Virus record (IMG/VR): IMGVR_UViG_3300009684_000002
Span: 1-51,547 of that record
Direction: 5' to 3' (one strand)
Source of the DNA: a virus
Taxonomy: Duplodnaviria; Caudoviricetes
Length of the DNA: 51,547 nucleotides
Below, one piece after another: positions 1 through 10,389 of this stretch (position 1 is its first letter; every line of letters starts with the position of its first letter). Both the position numbers and the translations under genes were made by a program. A model generated the notes under the pieces. The model was not told where the DNA came from, ran no database searches, and saw only the letters and a program-made list of their open reading frames with translations.

Positions 1-123
1 AACAAGAATATGGCTGGATTATTTTCAAATCTTTTTGACTCACCGACACATACAGCGGAAACGCTTACGATTGGGCCAATTGGAAAGGCATTGCTAGATC
101 CTCAAAAATCCAATGTTCCATCT
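1..123. repeat. Terminal direct repeat, left copy (identical to 51425-51547)
   Basis: AACAAGAATATGGCTGG...AATGTTCCATCT at 1-123 is repeated exactly at the window end; indicates a circular assembly overlap or terminal redundancy. Confidence 0.95.
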
Positions 124-870
124 TTTAATCCACAGCAAGCACTTGCCTTGGAGCAACAGCAGTATGGTCAAATGGCAAATCAAGCCACAGGGTTTGCTTC
201 CAATCTTTACAATCAAGCCGCACAACAAGGAATTGATTTCTCCAATCAAGGAACGGCACAGAATATTCGCCTCCAGAATAAGGTTACTCCCGGTTCTTCT
301 GCACAAAGGGAGCAAGCACTTCAACAGATCAATTCCTATATCCAAGGGCAAGTTCCTCAAGATGTTCAGCAAAACATCAATCGTCAGGTAGCACAGAACC
401 TTGGTGGTGGATTTAACCTTTTCTCTGGTGGTGGACAAGCTCCACAGAATTTTGCTCGAAACATTGGTCAAACAAGCCTTGGTCTTTCCCAATTTGGATT
501 GAGTGCTGCACCTACATGGCAACAACTAGCTAATACAATGGTTGTTTCCCCCCAAGTGGGATTAGCCGCTGGACTCCAAGCGGGGAGTATTGGAACTCAA
601 CTTGCAGGATATGCTGCTGGACAAGGGAATCAGTTAGCAGAAAGCCAATACCAAGGTGCATTCAACCAATACCAAGGTCAGCAGTTGCAGAATCAGCAAC
701 AGCAACAACTTTTGATGCAGTTGGGAACATCTGCTTTGGGAGCATATACTGGCATGGGGAATGCAAGTTACCTAAATAGCCTTGTCCCTTCTGCCCAAGG
801 AAGGATTGCAACAACAGCGGGTCTTCCCGCCGCTACAGGATATAGTCCTACTCAATACGGACAATACTAA
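10..870 (+). CDS. Putative internal virion / DNA ejection protein (Q/G/A-rich)
   Basis: 286 aa, Gln/Gly/Ala-rich; follows the tail genes on the circular map, as podovirus pilot/ejection proteins do. Confidence 0.55.
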   Translation: MAGLFSNLFDSPTHTAETLTIGPIGKALLDPQKSNVPSFNPQQALALEQQQYGQMANQATGFASNLYNQAAQQGIDFSNQGTAQNIRLQNKVTPGSSAQREQALQQINSYIQGQVPQDVQQNINRQVAQNLGGGFNLFSGGGQAPQNFARNIGQTSLGLSQFGLSAAPTWQQLANTMVVSPQVGLAAGLQAGSIGTQLAGYAAGQGNQLAESQYQGAFNQYQGQQLQNQQQQQLLMQLGTSALGAYTGMGNASYLNSLVPSAQGRIATTAGLPAATGYSPTQYGQY

Positions 871-875
871 TCATT

Positions 876-1979
876 ATGCCAATCGGATACGCAAACTTTT
901 CTACGATAGAGCAGGCTAACAACCAGACTGTTAATCAGCTTGCTGGTCTTGGCAAGCAGATTGGAAATGCTATTGAGACCCATGCGGCTACGCAGTCTGC
1001 ACAGGCAATGTTGCCTATGATCCAACAGCAATATGCTAATGGAATGCAAAAAATTGCAAGCGGGGATCAAAGCGGTATGTCGGATGTAATCCAAGCCGCA
1101 AGCATTGCTAGTCAAAATCCGATTACTACAGGATACGGACAAAGCATGATTGCTGGTATGCAACAAGTTTCCCATTCGGCTAGAACTCAAGCATATCTAC
1201 AAGGAAAAACTCTTGGATTAGCTGCAAAGTATCCAGGGTTTATAAACCTTCAGACGGGTGAAATTAATCCTAATTACACTCCTCCACAAAAAGGACTTAC
1301 TCCTTACCAGCAAACTGAAGCGCAAGTTAATCAAGCCAAAACATATAGCTCTTTGTATCAAGGAAAGCCAGATACATCTAAGGGGCCGGGTGAGCCTGGA
1401 ATCGGGCCATTGGCTGACAAGATAAATACAGCAATAAGTAATGGTGAAAATCCTGATTTGGCAGACATAAAAAACTTTGCTTCAAAGATTGTTCAGTATA
1501 AACAATTACAAAGTGCTTATGGTCAAAACGCTGCCCCTCATCCAGAAATTGAGAATGCGTTTAGCCAAATTCAAAAACAGATTCCTAACATACAAGGTCT
1601 TGTAAAGAAAGAACAAGACAAAGGTGCTGGAGGTTGGTTTGGATATGATCATGCAGACAAATCAAAAATTCAATCACTCAACCAAGGAATTGAACAACTT
1701 CAAGGATTGGGTGGGCTTCCTTCTGCACAAGGAGGAACGGTAAAAGGAACAGCAACACAGGATCTAATGCAAGCAGTTCAAGTTGCAAAACTCCATCCTG
1801 ATAAAATTGACGAGATCAAACGCAGGTTGCAAAAAGCAAACATTGATCCATCATTGCTTGATCAAGCTCTTAATCCACAGAAAACGCAGTCTGCTCCGCA
1901 ATCATCTACAATGATTCCCGCCGCTTCTCAAAATCAATCACAAGAAGAGCAAGAATCTACTGAAGGCGAAACAGAATAA
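876..1979 (+). CDS. Putative internal virion protein
   Basis: 367 aa, Q/A-rich helical protein between the ejection-like ORF and the giant virion protein. Confidence 0.5.
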   Translation: MPIGYANFSTIEQANNQTVNQLAGLGKQIGNAIETHAATQSAQAMLPMIQQQYANGMQKIASGDQSGMSDVIQAASIASQNPITTGYGQSMIAGMQQVSHSARTQAYLQGKTLGLAAKYPGFINLQTGEINPNYTPPQKGLTPYQQTEAQVNQAKTYSSLYQGKPDTSKGPGEPGIGPLADKINTAISNGENPDLADIKNFASKIVQYKQLQSAYGQNAAPHPEIENAFSQIQKQIPNIQGLVKKEQDKGAGGWFGYDHADKSKIQSLNQGIEQLQGLGGLPSAQGGTVKGTATQDLMQAVQVAKLHPDKIDEIKRRLQKANIDPSLLDQALNPQKTQSAPQSSTMIPAASQNQSQEEQESTEGETE

Positions 1980-1991
1980 TTCTCCTAAAAA

Positions 1992-4900
1992 ATGGGACTC
2001 TTTGATGACCTGCTTGGAGAAAACGGATCAAAGAAATCCGATACAACTCCTGCAATAGCCACAACTTTTGGGTATAATGACCCAGAAGATAATGGTATTG
2101 GTGCATGGGGTGATGTAACAAATAGACCAGATGTTCATGGTGTTTCTTTGCCAATTTCTGTGTTGCGTCAGCAATTTGGTAATGAAAATAAAGCACATGG
2201 TCAGTTGGTTAAGATAACAAATCCTGATAATGGGCAGAGCATTGTTGCCCCAATTATTGATAAAGGCCCATCAGAAAGTTTGCGTGATAGGATTGATCTT
2301 ACTCATGCCACAAATCAGGCAATTGGAGGATCTGGAAAAACACCTGTAAATTATGAGTTTGTAAATACTCCTCAAAAAGGTGGCCTCTTTGATGATTTGC
2401 TTGAAGAAACAAAACAACCAACGCAGCCCTCTCCACAAGTTGAATCAAAATCTAGTGGACTTTTTGATGACCTCTTGGGTGGATCAGAAAAAACCTCTCC
2501 AACGATTGCTTTACCTCAAGCAACCCCACAACAATTAGCGGCTGCTGGAACGCAAGGCTATCCATCTTCTACATCAGGTCAACAATCCCCAAAGCCTAGC
2601 CAATTAACATCTGGCCTTTCTGCTGGCATTGAAGGAACGGTTGGATTGCTTTCTGGGCTTGGTGCTGTTGCAGGAGGTGAGGCATTAGGCATTCCAGTAA
2701 CGGGAGGGGCATCATTGCTTGCTGTTCCCGCATTGTTTACTGCTGGAAGCGCATTGGGCGTTGTGGGAGCTAAACGAGCAGAGAAATTGCTAGGACTGGA
2801 ACCAGAGATTCAAGCATCTCAACAAGAATACCCAAAGACTGCCTTTGCTGGTCAAATGATTCCACAGCTTCCGTTTGCTGCTGAATCTGCACTTGGATAT
2901 GGAGCTACTGCATTAACCAAAGGTGCTGGAGCAGTTGCAGGACAAATGGCGGGACAAGCTGCTATTGGTGCTGGAATCATGGAGCCAATGAGGTATGGCG
3001 TTGATGTTTCTTTAAATAAGATGGGAATTACCGATCAACCAGCGGCTCCTATTACTCTTGGAAGCACAGGTGAACAAGTTCTTACTGCCCTTGCATTAGG
3101 AGGAAAGGCAACTGGACTTGCTCCATCTAGAGATCCAATTGTTAATGACAAGACTGCACAAATTTTTGCTGGAGCAGAAAGCCAAATTGCCACACCTCCA
3201 GAGCAACCCAAGCCAATCAACATCCCTCCAGCAACTCCAGAAGAATTGGCTAAAGTTGGTGAGGTTCCGATTGCTAATACTGGTGAAACAATACCAACAA
3301 ATGAAGCTGCTGCTATTGCAGAAGAGAAACCCGCTGAAGCTCCAATAGCTGAAGCACAACCAGAAACACCAAATGCCGTTCAAATCGAAAATGCAGGAGA
3401 AATGGGCATTCGCAACGCACCAGCCGTGGGCGAAGGAGTGGGCCGACAAAACGAAACAGAAGTCCCTGCCCAAGAAGGTCAAGCCCCAAAAGAAGAAATA
3501 ACTGGAGCTGAAGAACTTGGGCGAAAGCCTGTGGGTATTAGCAAAGCCGCTGTCAATGAGCAGAGGCTTAATCGAATGGTTGAATCTCTTCCAGAATCAG
3601 AAAGGGAGCCTAATGCTCAAAAGATCAATGATGCTTTAGATATCAATAGCAAGAGCAGGATACCTGTTGAAAGTTTGGTTTCTGATATTCTTGAAAAAGG
3701 GAACACAGCAAGAACGCCAGAAGAGGTTGCCTTGATGACTGTTGAGATGAATCGTCTCCAACTTGAAAGAGAGCAACTTCAAAAACAATTTGAGCAGATC
3801 AAAGATCCACGACCATCAGATTATGCCATTCTGAATAGTGAGATTAAGCCTATTGATGAAAAGATAAATAGGCTTGAGAAAGCTGTTGATAAGGTTGGAA
3901 CAAGTGCTGGACGATTGCTCCAGATGTTCAAGATCATGCTTGCTGAAGACTACTCTCCAGTTGCACTTGAAAGAAAAGCAGTCAGAGATTTACGCCGTCC
4001 TTTAACTGAAGACGAGAAACAGACAATTGCAAAACAAGCTGAAGAGCATAAAGCATTATTGGAAGCCAGAGATAAAACAATGGCATCTGAACAACTCAAG
4101 GTTGAAAATGAAGCAGTAAAAGCTCGTTATGAAGAGGCATTGAAGGAGATTGAAGCACTCAAGGCTAAAGCCAAGAAAACTCCTAAAGAACCCTCTCCAA
4201 ATAAAACCAAGACCGAAACACCTATTGACCAAAAGATCGTTGATAAACTCAACGCAATGGCAGAGAAGGTTAGACAAGAAAGAAAGGGTAAACTTTACGC
4301 AAAGATTTCTCCTGTTGATATTGGTGATGTCATCATTGGGGCAAGTCATATTGCTAATGGATTAAAATCATTCAAGGATTGGTCAGTAAAGATGGCCTCT
4401 GAAGTTTCGGGAGCTACCAAAGAATATCTCAAAAAGGTTTGGGATGCTGCACACGAAAAATTAGATTCACTCCAAGGTGGAAGAACACCAGAGGATGTAA
4501 GAGCAAGGATAAAAGCTGAAGCAGTTGCAGGGGAAGAGTTATCCCACAAGAGTGTTGATGATCTAGTCAAAGCACACCTTGAAGATGGGCTGCGTGGCGA
4601 GGACGAGGTGATGAAAGCTGTCCATGATGACATCAAGGAAGCGTATCCCAATGCCACAGAGCGCGATGTTCGTCGTGCATTCTCTGAATATGGAAAGCAA
4701 GTCAAAGTAAATCCTGATGAGTTGCTTAAACGGAAGCGTGAGTTAAAAACGCTAGTTAGATTGCAAGAAAGCATTGATCGACTAAAGGAAGGGCTTCCTG
4801 CATTAAAAACCAATTCAAGGAGAGAAAAGGTCATTCAAGAGATTCGTGAGAAACAAGCCGTACTCAACGAGCTTCTAAAGAGCGTCAAGGCTCCTCCAAC

Positions 4901-7040
4901 AGATGAACAGCTTTCTACTGCGAACTCAAAAAAGATTACAGCATTAAAGAATGCTATTGAGGATCTTGACAAGCAGTTACGCACAGGTGAAAGGCCACCA
5001 CCAAAGACCAGAGCAGAAGAGCCTATTGATGTGGAGCAATTGCGCTCTGAATTGGACGCAATGCGTAAAAAGCGTGAAGAGATTGATAGGGAAGAAGCTC
5101 CTAAATTCTCTGCACAAGAAAAAGAAAATGAACGCTTGCGTAAATTGTATGACAAGCAGATTGCTGAACTTGATGCTCGGTTAAAGGGAGCTGAGAAACC
5201 AAAGGCAGAGAAAACTGCTTTTGAACAAAGCAAAGAGAATGAGCAAAAGATGGCAGAGCGTGATGCCATGCGTCAGAAGCTCAAAGAGATTGAGAAGGAA
5301 GAGGCAGATCGCAAGAAACCATCTCCCGAACAAAAGGAAATTGATAGACTTCAGAAAGCTATTGATGACACCAATGATCGTATTGCTAAAGGAGAAAAGA
5401 CTGCCCCAACGCCCAAGAAAGAACCTCTCACAGAATACGCAAAACGACTACTTGAGGATCTAAAAAAGGCTAGGGAACAATTCAAGAAAGTTACTGGAAA
5501 AGAACCAGAGAGTAGGGAAGATCGTTATAATAGGCGCAGGATAAAGACAATCGAGAAACGAATTGCCGATATGGAGGACAGAATGAAGCGTGGTGATACC
5601 TCCAAGCCAACACGCAAAGAACCTCCCGCAAAATATCCTGCTACCGATTTGGCTGAAAGAAAACTCAAGGATAAAGAAAGGGAGATTGACGCTTGGAGGG
5701 AAGAAAAAGAGAAAGCTGCTCGTCCAGATTGGGAAAAAGCATTACGAGGAACTAGCGAAACTGCTAGAGAGCTTACAGTCGCTGGAATCAATGTGTTGTA
5801 TAAGATTGGAAAATACGCCGTTATAAAACCGATCTTGTTTCCATTTTCAGAAACAGCAGGATATGCCGCTAAACACGCACTAGGTCTTGGAAGAGTTCGT
5901 GGTGAATATGAGTCAGGAGCAAGTCCATTGAAAACAATTCCTGCCTATTATCGAGGTTATTGGAAGGGCATGAAGCAATTTTTCAGAACATTAAAAGCAG
6001 GAGAAAGTGATTCGCAGTTGCTTTACGACAAAAGACTTCAGAACAACACAAATTGGGCTAGGTGGATTGGTAGCAATTTGCATGGTGCAATCAAGAATCT
6101 CCCTGCAACAGCAATGGAGGAAGTTTATAGAGAGCATCTGTATGCAAACGCACTTGCTAATGGAGTTGACATCAATGAACCAATGGCTCAAGCGGCATTG
6201 AACCTCCAAGCATATATTGCTTCAAAATCAGCAAAGTTGATGGAGGAAAACAAGATTTCTGAAGGAATTAACTTTGCGCATAAATGGGCAGAAAGCCCCA
6301 ATAAACAAGGTGAACTTAATCCTGTTGCGCTTATTACTTCTCATCTAATTAAAACTGTTTTTACAAAAGGAATTTATAAAATTGGATTGAATTTCTTAAA
6401 CCAAACTTACAGAGGAGGAATAGGTCTGCCAGAGGGAGCAATAAGAACGCTAAATGGATATTGGAAGGGCATAGATAATCTTACTCCTTATCAAATGGAT
6501 CATATTACTAGAGCATTTAAAGCGGGATCTATTCCTGCCGCACTAATGACGCTTGCAGCAATAGATGCATTTAGGGATGATAAAGATAAGATATTTGGTG
6601 GATATTATTCACAAGGCAGAAAAAAAGGTGATGTAAAATGGGGAACAGTTAGGATTAATGGAAAAGAATACACCCTGCACGTTCCAGAAGTTGAGGCGGC
6701 TCAATTTGTAAACACAATGGCTAGGTCTTGGAAAAAGAATGCACAAAAAACAGATGTTGGAATGAATGCAATTGATTCTTTCTTGGAAGCAATAGGAGGA
6801 ATTATTTCAGAAGCACCTGTTGCTGGCCCTCTAATTGAAATTGCAAAGTCACCACTAAATGCTGGACAATTTATTGTTCAAGGAGCAGTTCCTAGTTTTA
6901 GTCGTGATGTTGCAAAGATGGCTGATGTGAACGCAAAGGGAGAAACGCAACACAGGTATCCAAGAACCATTGTAGAAAACCTTAAAATGGGAATACCCGG
7001 ATTGCGTAATCAAGTGCGTCAATATTCTTGGCAGAAATAA
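1992..7040 (+). CDS. Giant internal virion protein with N-terminal RlpA-like double-psi beta-barrel (putative muralytic domain) and long coiled coil
   Basis: 1682 aa; VKITNPDNGQSIVAPIIDKGP...RDRIDLTHAT..AIG resembles the RlpA/DPBB motif; three GLFDDLL repeats; hydrophobic Gly/Ala stretch; E/K-rich coiled coil. Confidence 0.7.
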   Translation: MGLFDDLLGENGSKKSDTTPAIATTFGYNDPEDNGIGAWGDVTNRPDVHGVSLPISVLRQQFGNENKAHGQLVKITNPDNGQSIVAPIIDKGPSESLRDRIDLTHATNQAIGGSGKTPVNYEFVNTPQKGGLFDDLLEETKQPTQPSPQVESKSSGLFDDLLGGSEKTSPTIALPQATPQQLAAAGTQGYPSSTSGQQSPKPSQLTSGLSAGIEGTVGLLSGLGAVAGGEALGIPVTGGASLLAVPALFTAGSALGVVGAKRAEKLLGLEPEIQASQQEYPKTAFAGQMIPQLPFAAESALGYGATALTKGAGAVAGQMAGQAAIGAGIMEPMRYGVDVSLNKMGITDQPAAPITLGSTGEQVLTALALGGKATGLAPSRDPIVNDKTAQIFAGAESQIATPPEQPKPINIPPATPEELAKVGEVPIANTGETIPTNEAAAIAEEKPAEAPIAEAQPETPNAVQIENAGEMGIRNAPAVGEGVGRQNETEVPAQEGQAPKEEITGAEELGRKPVGISKAAVNEQRLNRMVESLPESEREPNAQKINDALDINSKSRIPVESLVSDILEKGNTARTPEEVALMTVEMNRLQLEREQLQKQFEQIKDPRPSDYAILNSEIKPIDEKINRLEKAVDKVGTSAGRLLQMFKIMLAEDYSPVALERKAVRDLRRPLTEDEKQTIAKQAEEHKALLEARDKTMASEQLKVENEAVKARYEEALKEIEALKAKAKKTPKEPSPNKTKTETPIDQKIVDKLNAMAEKVRQERKGKLYAKISPVDIGDVIIGASHIANGLKSFKDWSVKMASEVSGATKEYLKKVWDAAHEKLDSLQGGRTPEDVRARIKAEAVAGEELSHKSVDDLVKAHLEDGLRGEDEVMKAVHDDIKEAYPNATERDVRRAFSEYGKQVKVNPDELLKRKRELKTLVRLQESIDRLKEGLPALKTNSRREKVIQEIREKQAVLNELLKSVKAPPTDEQLSTANSKKITALKNAIEDLDKQLRTGERPPPKTRAEEPIDVEQLRSELDAMRKKREEIDREEAPKFSAQEKENERLRKLYDKQIAELDARLKGAEKPKAEKTAFEQSKENEQKMAERDAMRQKLKEIEKEEADRKKPSPEQKEIDRLQKAIDDTNDRIAKGEKTAPTPKKEPLTEYAKRLLEDLKKAREQFKKVTGKEPESREDRYNRRRIKTIEKRIADMEDRMKRGDTSKPTRKEPPAKYPATDLAERKLKDKEREIDAWREEKEKAARPDWEKALRGTSETARELTVAGINVLYKIGKYAVIKPILFPFSETAGYAAKHALGLGRVRGEYESGASPLKTIPAYYRGYWKGMKQFFRTLKAGESDSQLLYDKRLQNNTNWARWIGSNLHGAIKNLPATAMEEVYREHLYANALANGVDINEPMAQAALNLQAYIASKSAKLMEENKISEGINFAHKWAESPNKQGELNPVALITSHLIKTVFTKGIYKIGLNFLNQTYRGGIGLPEGAIRTLNGYWKGIDNLTPYQMDHITRAFKAGSIPAALMTLAAIDAFRDDKDKIFGGYYSQGRKKGDVKWGTVRINGKEYTLHVPEVEAAQFVNTMARSWKKNAQKTDVGMNAIDSFLEAIGGIISEAPVAGPLIEIAKSPLNAGQFIVQGAVPSFSRDVAKMADVNAKGETQHRYPRTIVENLKMGIPGLRNQVRQYSWQK

Positions 7041-7094
7041 TGCCTTGCCTTCTGAAAGGCTTTCAGTAAATCTTTAGTTTCACCAGCAACCACT

Positions 7095-7424
7095 ATGAGC
7101 AAAAAATATATCCTGCCAACATCTCTTAAATATCCTTTTGAACAATCAGAGTTCCCCGGTGATCTCAATCTTCGTGAGATTCGGGAACATGGAGAAAAGA
7201 ACAAGTTGCCAGAGGTTTCCTTTTACCAAGCTATCGTTATCGCCCTACTAGAGCAGAGGAATTACTTTGTTGTGGAAGCTATTCGATACGCAAAGGAGTA
7301 TGGTCAGTTGCCTCAAGTGGAAGAGCAAGATCCAGAGGTAGAAGAGAAAACAGAGTTTCCAGAACTCAAGGTCATTACTTCTGACGAGCCAATAGTAGAA
7401 AGATTCCGCAAAGTTTACGAGTAA
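7095..7424 (+). CDS. Hypothetical protein
   Basis: 109 aa ORF with A/C-rich leader, co-oriented with neighbours. Confidence 0.6.
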   Translation: MSKKYILPTSLKYPFEQSEFPGDLNLREIREHGEKNKLPEVSFYQAIVIALLEQRNYFVVEAIRYAKEYGQLPQVEEQDPEVEEKTEFPELKVITSDEPIVERFRKVYE

Positions 7425-7538
7425 TATGCAGAAGCTCATTTGGCTTTTGCTTTCTCCTATTGTTTGGTGGAAGTCAAGGAAAGCAAAAAGGGTTATGCGA
7501 ATGCTATACGGAGATAAATTTCCTGCTGATTATAAGCC

Positions 7539-9068
7539 GTGGCAAAGATATACCTAAATATGGGGCGGTATGGGGACATCGTATCGTTCCTGCCTGTCCT
7601 AAAGAATGAGTTTGATGAAACGAGTCAAAACCCAAGTCTAGTTATCTCCAAAGATTACGCTGACATCCTAGAAGGTGTCAGTTATGTCAATCCTATCGTC
7701 TATGATGGCACATTTGATGACATAACGGGTGCATTAGAATACCTCAAGACTCTGAATAAAACGGCAACTGCAACCCAAGTTGTCGGAATCCCTGATGTTT
7801 TAATAAGTCAGGTTTACGGAAACCATGTTGGGCCTAAAATCATTTGTGACTCATTCCAGCAAGACGCATGGAGACTAGCGGGGAAGCTAGATTTATGGCC
7901 TAGCCAGCCTCCACTGATATTTGATAAACGAGATGCCAAAAGAGAGAAAAAACTAACGAAAGGAATCTCTAAAGATAAACCTTGGATTGTTGTCTCAACT
8001 GGTGGGACATCCTCTCCCTTTCCGTATTCTGATTTGCTGTGGGAGATTCTGAACCATTCTTTGCCTGATTTCCATATCGTTGATTTGGTTACAATCAAAG
8101 CAGAGAAATTCTATGATTTACTTGGGATTATGGATCATCCGAATACCCATGCCATGATATTGACTGATAGTGGCCCTCTACACCTCTCATACGCCACACA
8201 GAAGCCAGTTCATGCTTTAATAACAGACTCACCCTCCCTGTGGCATGGAACAGCATGGCGACCATTCTACGCATCTTATACACGATATAAGAACTTCCCA
8301 AGGGATGTGACTAGAATCTTGGATCTAATCCGTAATCCTAGACCAAAATTAACGCATCAAAATATTGTCCATGTATATCAGAAAATGCCTTGGGCAACTG
8401 GAGATGAGAAGAGGCGTAATGAATTAGCAGCAAAGACATGGGAATCTATTGGTTGTATTGATTTGGGATTGGATGACAACTGCTTTGTAAGATCATCGGC
8501 TGAAGTTATACCTGATGAAACCCGTAGGATACCCATGATTAAGGATATGCTTCGTCTGGCTTGTGCGGGTCGTGATGATGAAACGGTTCTATTACTGACC
8601 AATACGGATACTTGTGTAACTAATAACCTAATCCAAAGGCTAGAGGGAGTTCTTCCAGCCTATTCCTATCGTAGAGACTTCAAGAGATTAGATGATGCCC
8701 TTCCTTATGATCGCATTAGCGCAGGGGCAAAGTATTCTGGATGTGACTTCTTTGCTATGAGGGTAGGATGGTGGAGGCGCAATCATCATTTATTTCCTGA
8801 CATGGTGCTTGGTCGACATAGTTGGGATCGCATCAAGCGCGAGCTAATCAAATCTGCTGGCGGTAGAGAGATTGAGGATCTGATCTACCATGAATGGCAT
8901 CCTTCCTTGTGGGAGGGTGATGGACTGCATAGAGACCCTTCTAATTTACGCAACTGCAAGCTGGCTAGGGAATGGTTGACTGAACGGAAGATGCCGTTGG
9001 AGGAGCTAGAAACCCTTAATTATGAGGGTAAGTTCAAGCGTCCCGACTTTAGCAAATTGAGAACGTAG
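7539..9068 (+). CDS. Glycosyltransferase family 9-like (heptosyltransferase fold) fused to a second putative sugar-transfer domain
   Basis: N-terminal GRYGDIVSFLPVLK and ILTDSGPLHLSYATQKPVHAL match GT9 motifs (GD..., DSGPMH); C-terminal half has LLTNTDT. Confidence 0.7.
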   Translation: MAKIYLNMGRYGDIVSFLPVLKNEFDETSQNPSLVISKDYADILEGVSYVNPIVYDGTFDDITGALEYLKTLNKTATATQVVGIPDVLISQVYGNHVGPKIICDSFQQDAWRLAGKLDLWPSQPPLIFDKRDAKREKKLTKGISKDKPWIVVSTGGTSSPFPYSDLLWEILNHSLPDFHIVDLVTIKAEKFYDLLGIMDHPNTHAMILTDSGPLHLSYATQKPVHALITDSPSLWHGTAWRPFYASYTRYKNFPRDVTRILDLIRNPRPKLTHQNIVHVYQKMPWATGDEKRRNELAAKTWESIGCIDLGLDDNCFVRSSAEVIPDETRRIPMIKDMLRLACAGRDDETVLLLTNTDTCVTNNLIQRLEGVLPAYSYRRDFKRLDDALPYDRISAGAKYSGCDFFAMRVGWWRRNHHLFPDMVLGRHSWDRIKRELIKSAGGREIEDLIYHEWHPSLWEGDGLHRDPSNLRNCKLAREWLTERKMPLEELETLNYEGKFKRPDFSKLRT

Positions 9069-9738
9069 CGGTAATATCCCACCGCACAGAATCTTCTTCT
9101 CCAATAGAAGTAACGATTTTGTAACCTAATTCAATTAATGGATTATAAATATCTGATTTAGAGAATCCTGCCCTAGCAAGCATTTCGGGATATATTTCAC
9201 AAATAATAATAGGTTTGTGTTTTTTGATTATCTCTTTTGCTCCTTGGATAACGGGAGGTTCATATCCTTCACAATCAATCTTGATTAAAGTAATATTGGG
9301 GAATTTTTTAAAGTAATCGTCAAGTTTTATACTTTTCTTTCCATTCTGATCTAATTTGACTGTGCGAGTTCCAGGGTTCCCATTGAGGGGGTCTTGATTT
9401 ACTGAAACTGAATCACCGTTCCCAACCGCATCATTGATTGCTCTAATATTGGTGCTGTTCTTAAAAACATTATACTCCATGCAAAAGAATGCATCTTCTT
9501 GTGGTTCAAAAGCATAAACTGCTGCTCCTTTTTTGGAAAAGATAAGGGCGGTATCTCCGATAAACCCACCGACATCAATAACTATATCACTAGATTTAAG
9601 GGATTTTACTTCTGGAAGGTTAGCAATAGAATGCTCTAGGCATATTGTTCCATGCTTTAATGCCTCTGGAGTAAGATTCTGATCATCCGTAAGACAAATC
9701 ATTGTCTCGTTAATGCGAGTAATTTTGTATTGGTTCAT
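9049..9738 (-). CDS. FkbM-family SAM-dependent methyltransferase
   Basis: Motifs VIDVGGFIGD, YAFEPQ, LIKIDCEGYE. Confidence 0.85.
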   Translation of the reverse strand: MNQYKITRINETMICLTDDQNLTPEALKHGTICLEHSIANLPEVKSLKSSDIVIDVGGFIGDTALIFSKKGAAVYAFEPQEDAFFCMEYNVFKNSTNIRAINDAVGNGDSVSVNQDPLNGNPGTRTVKLDQNGKKSIKLDDYFKKFPNITLIKIDCEGYEPPVIQGAKEIIKKHKPIIICEIYPEMLARAGFSKSDIYNPLIELGYKIVTSIGEEDSVRWDITATFSIC

Positions 9739-9884
9739 TTCTTTTCCTTGAATTGCCCTAGCTTGATTGTTTCCTTGGCTTCTTCAAGCCTTTCTGGAGT
9801 TACCCACATCTCTATTCCTTTTGGGTGGTATGCCCAGAATCGCTTTGTTTTATCCTCATTCCAAGTTCCTCGTTTAAGTTTCAT
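9735..9884 (-). CDS. 49-aa protein homologous to the N-terminal module of the three HNH endonucleases
   Basis: MKLKRGTWNEDKTKRFWAYHPKGIEMWVTPE resembles KYKRGFIREDGMIFLQY...EWWVN; the ATG at 9884 overlaps the upstream stop. Confidence 0.55.
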   Translation of the reverse strand: MKLKRGTWNEDKTKRFWAYHPKGIEMWVTPERLEEAKETIKLGQFKEKK

Positions 9885-10099
9885 TGATCTTGTTGGTTGT
9901 CTATACTTGGGATAGCCATGATGGGTATCACTGGTTGATATTGAGGCTCTTGATATGGTTGTGGGAGCGTGGTGACTTGGTAATATGCCCCCGAATCCCT
10001 TCCATCTGTTGCTGATAGGTTGGCAACATAGATGGTTTGGGTTTGAGGGACAGGCTGCTGGATGGGAGCGAATGCCGTGTAGATGAGTGCTAGGATCAT
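9881..10099 (-). CDS. Small hypothetical protein with hydrophobic N-terminus
   Basis: 72 aa, translationally coupled on both sides (ATGA overlaps). Confidence 0.5.
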   Translation of the reverse strand: MILALIYTAFAPIQQPVPQTQTIYVANLSATDGRDSGAYYQVTTLPQPYQEPQYQPVIPIMAIPSIDNQQDQ

Positions 10100-10389
10100 G
10101 ATTTTTTCTTGTTGTTAATTGATGACATGTGCCAATTTCCCCTAACGATGTCACATTCATAGGCTCGTAACATCCCCATTCCACCAAACCCTTGCTCAAG
10201 TCGATGTTTGATAGCTTGGTCACATTTAGAAGATGAGGAATAGGACGACTTTCCGCATCCTTCACACTTCTTTGGTTTCTCTGCTCCCTTGATAAGACCT
10301 TGTTCAAAGGCTTCCCTTTTGTTTATGGGTGGCAACTCTGGAGTTTCATACCCCAATTCTTGTAGGATGTGATCAATACAGGATTTCAT
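10096..10389 (-). CDS. Hypothetical Cys-containing protein
   Basis: Start revised to MKSCIDH (ATG coupled to the upstream stop); CEGCGK and YECxxxxGNWHMS suggest zinc binding. Confidence 0.55.
   Translation of the reverse strand: MKSCIDHILQELGYETPELPPINKREAFEQGLIKGAEKPKKCEGCGKSSYSSSSKCDQAIKHRLEQGFGGMGMLRAYECDIVRGNWHMSSINNKKKS

Noticed and set aside
1-123. Biological terminal repeat marking the true virion DNA ends
   Set aside because: The repeat cuts through a gene start and is of k-mer-overlap size, so an assembly circularisation overlap is more likely; it cannot be resolved without reads
9885-10307. Full 190-aa ORF 9735-10307 and many short antisense ORFs in the track
   Set aside because: They overlap better-supported, translationally coupled genes and have no motif support; only the last 49 codons of the 190-aa ORF were kept
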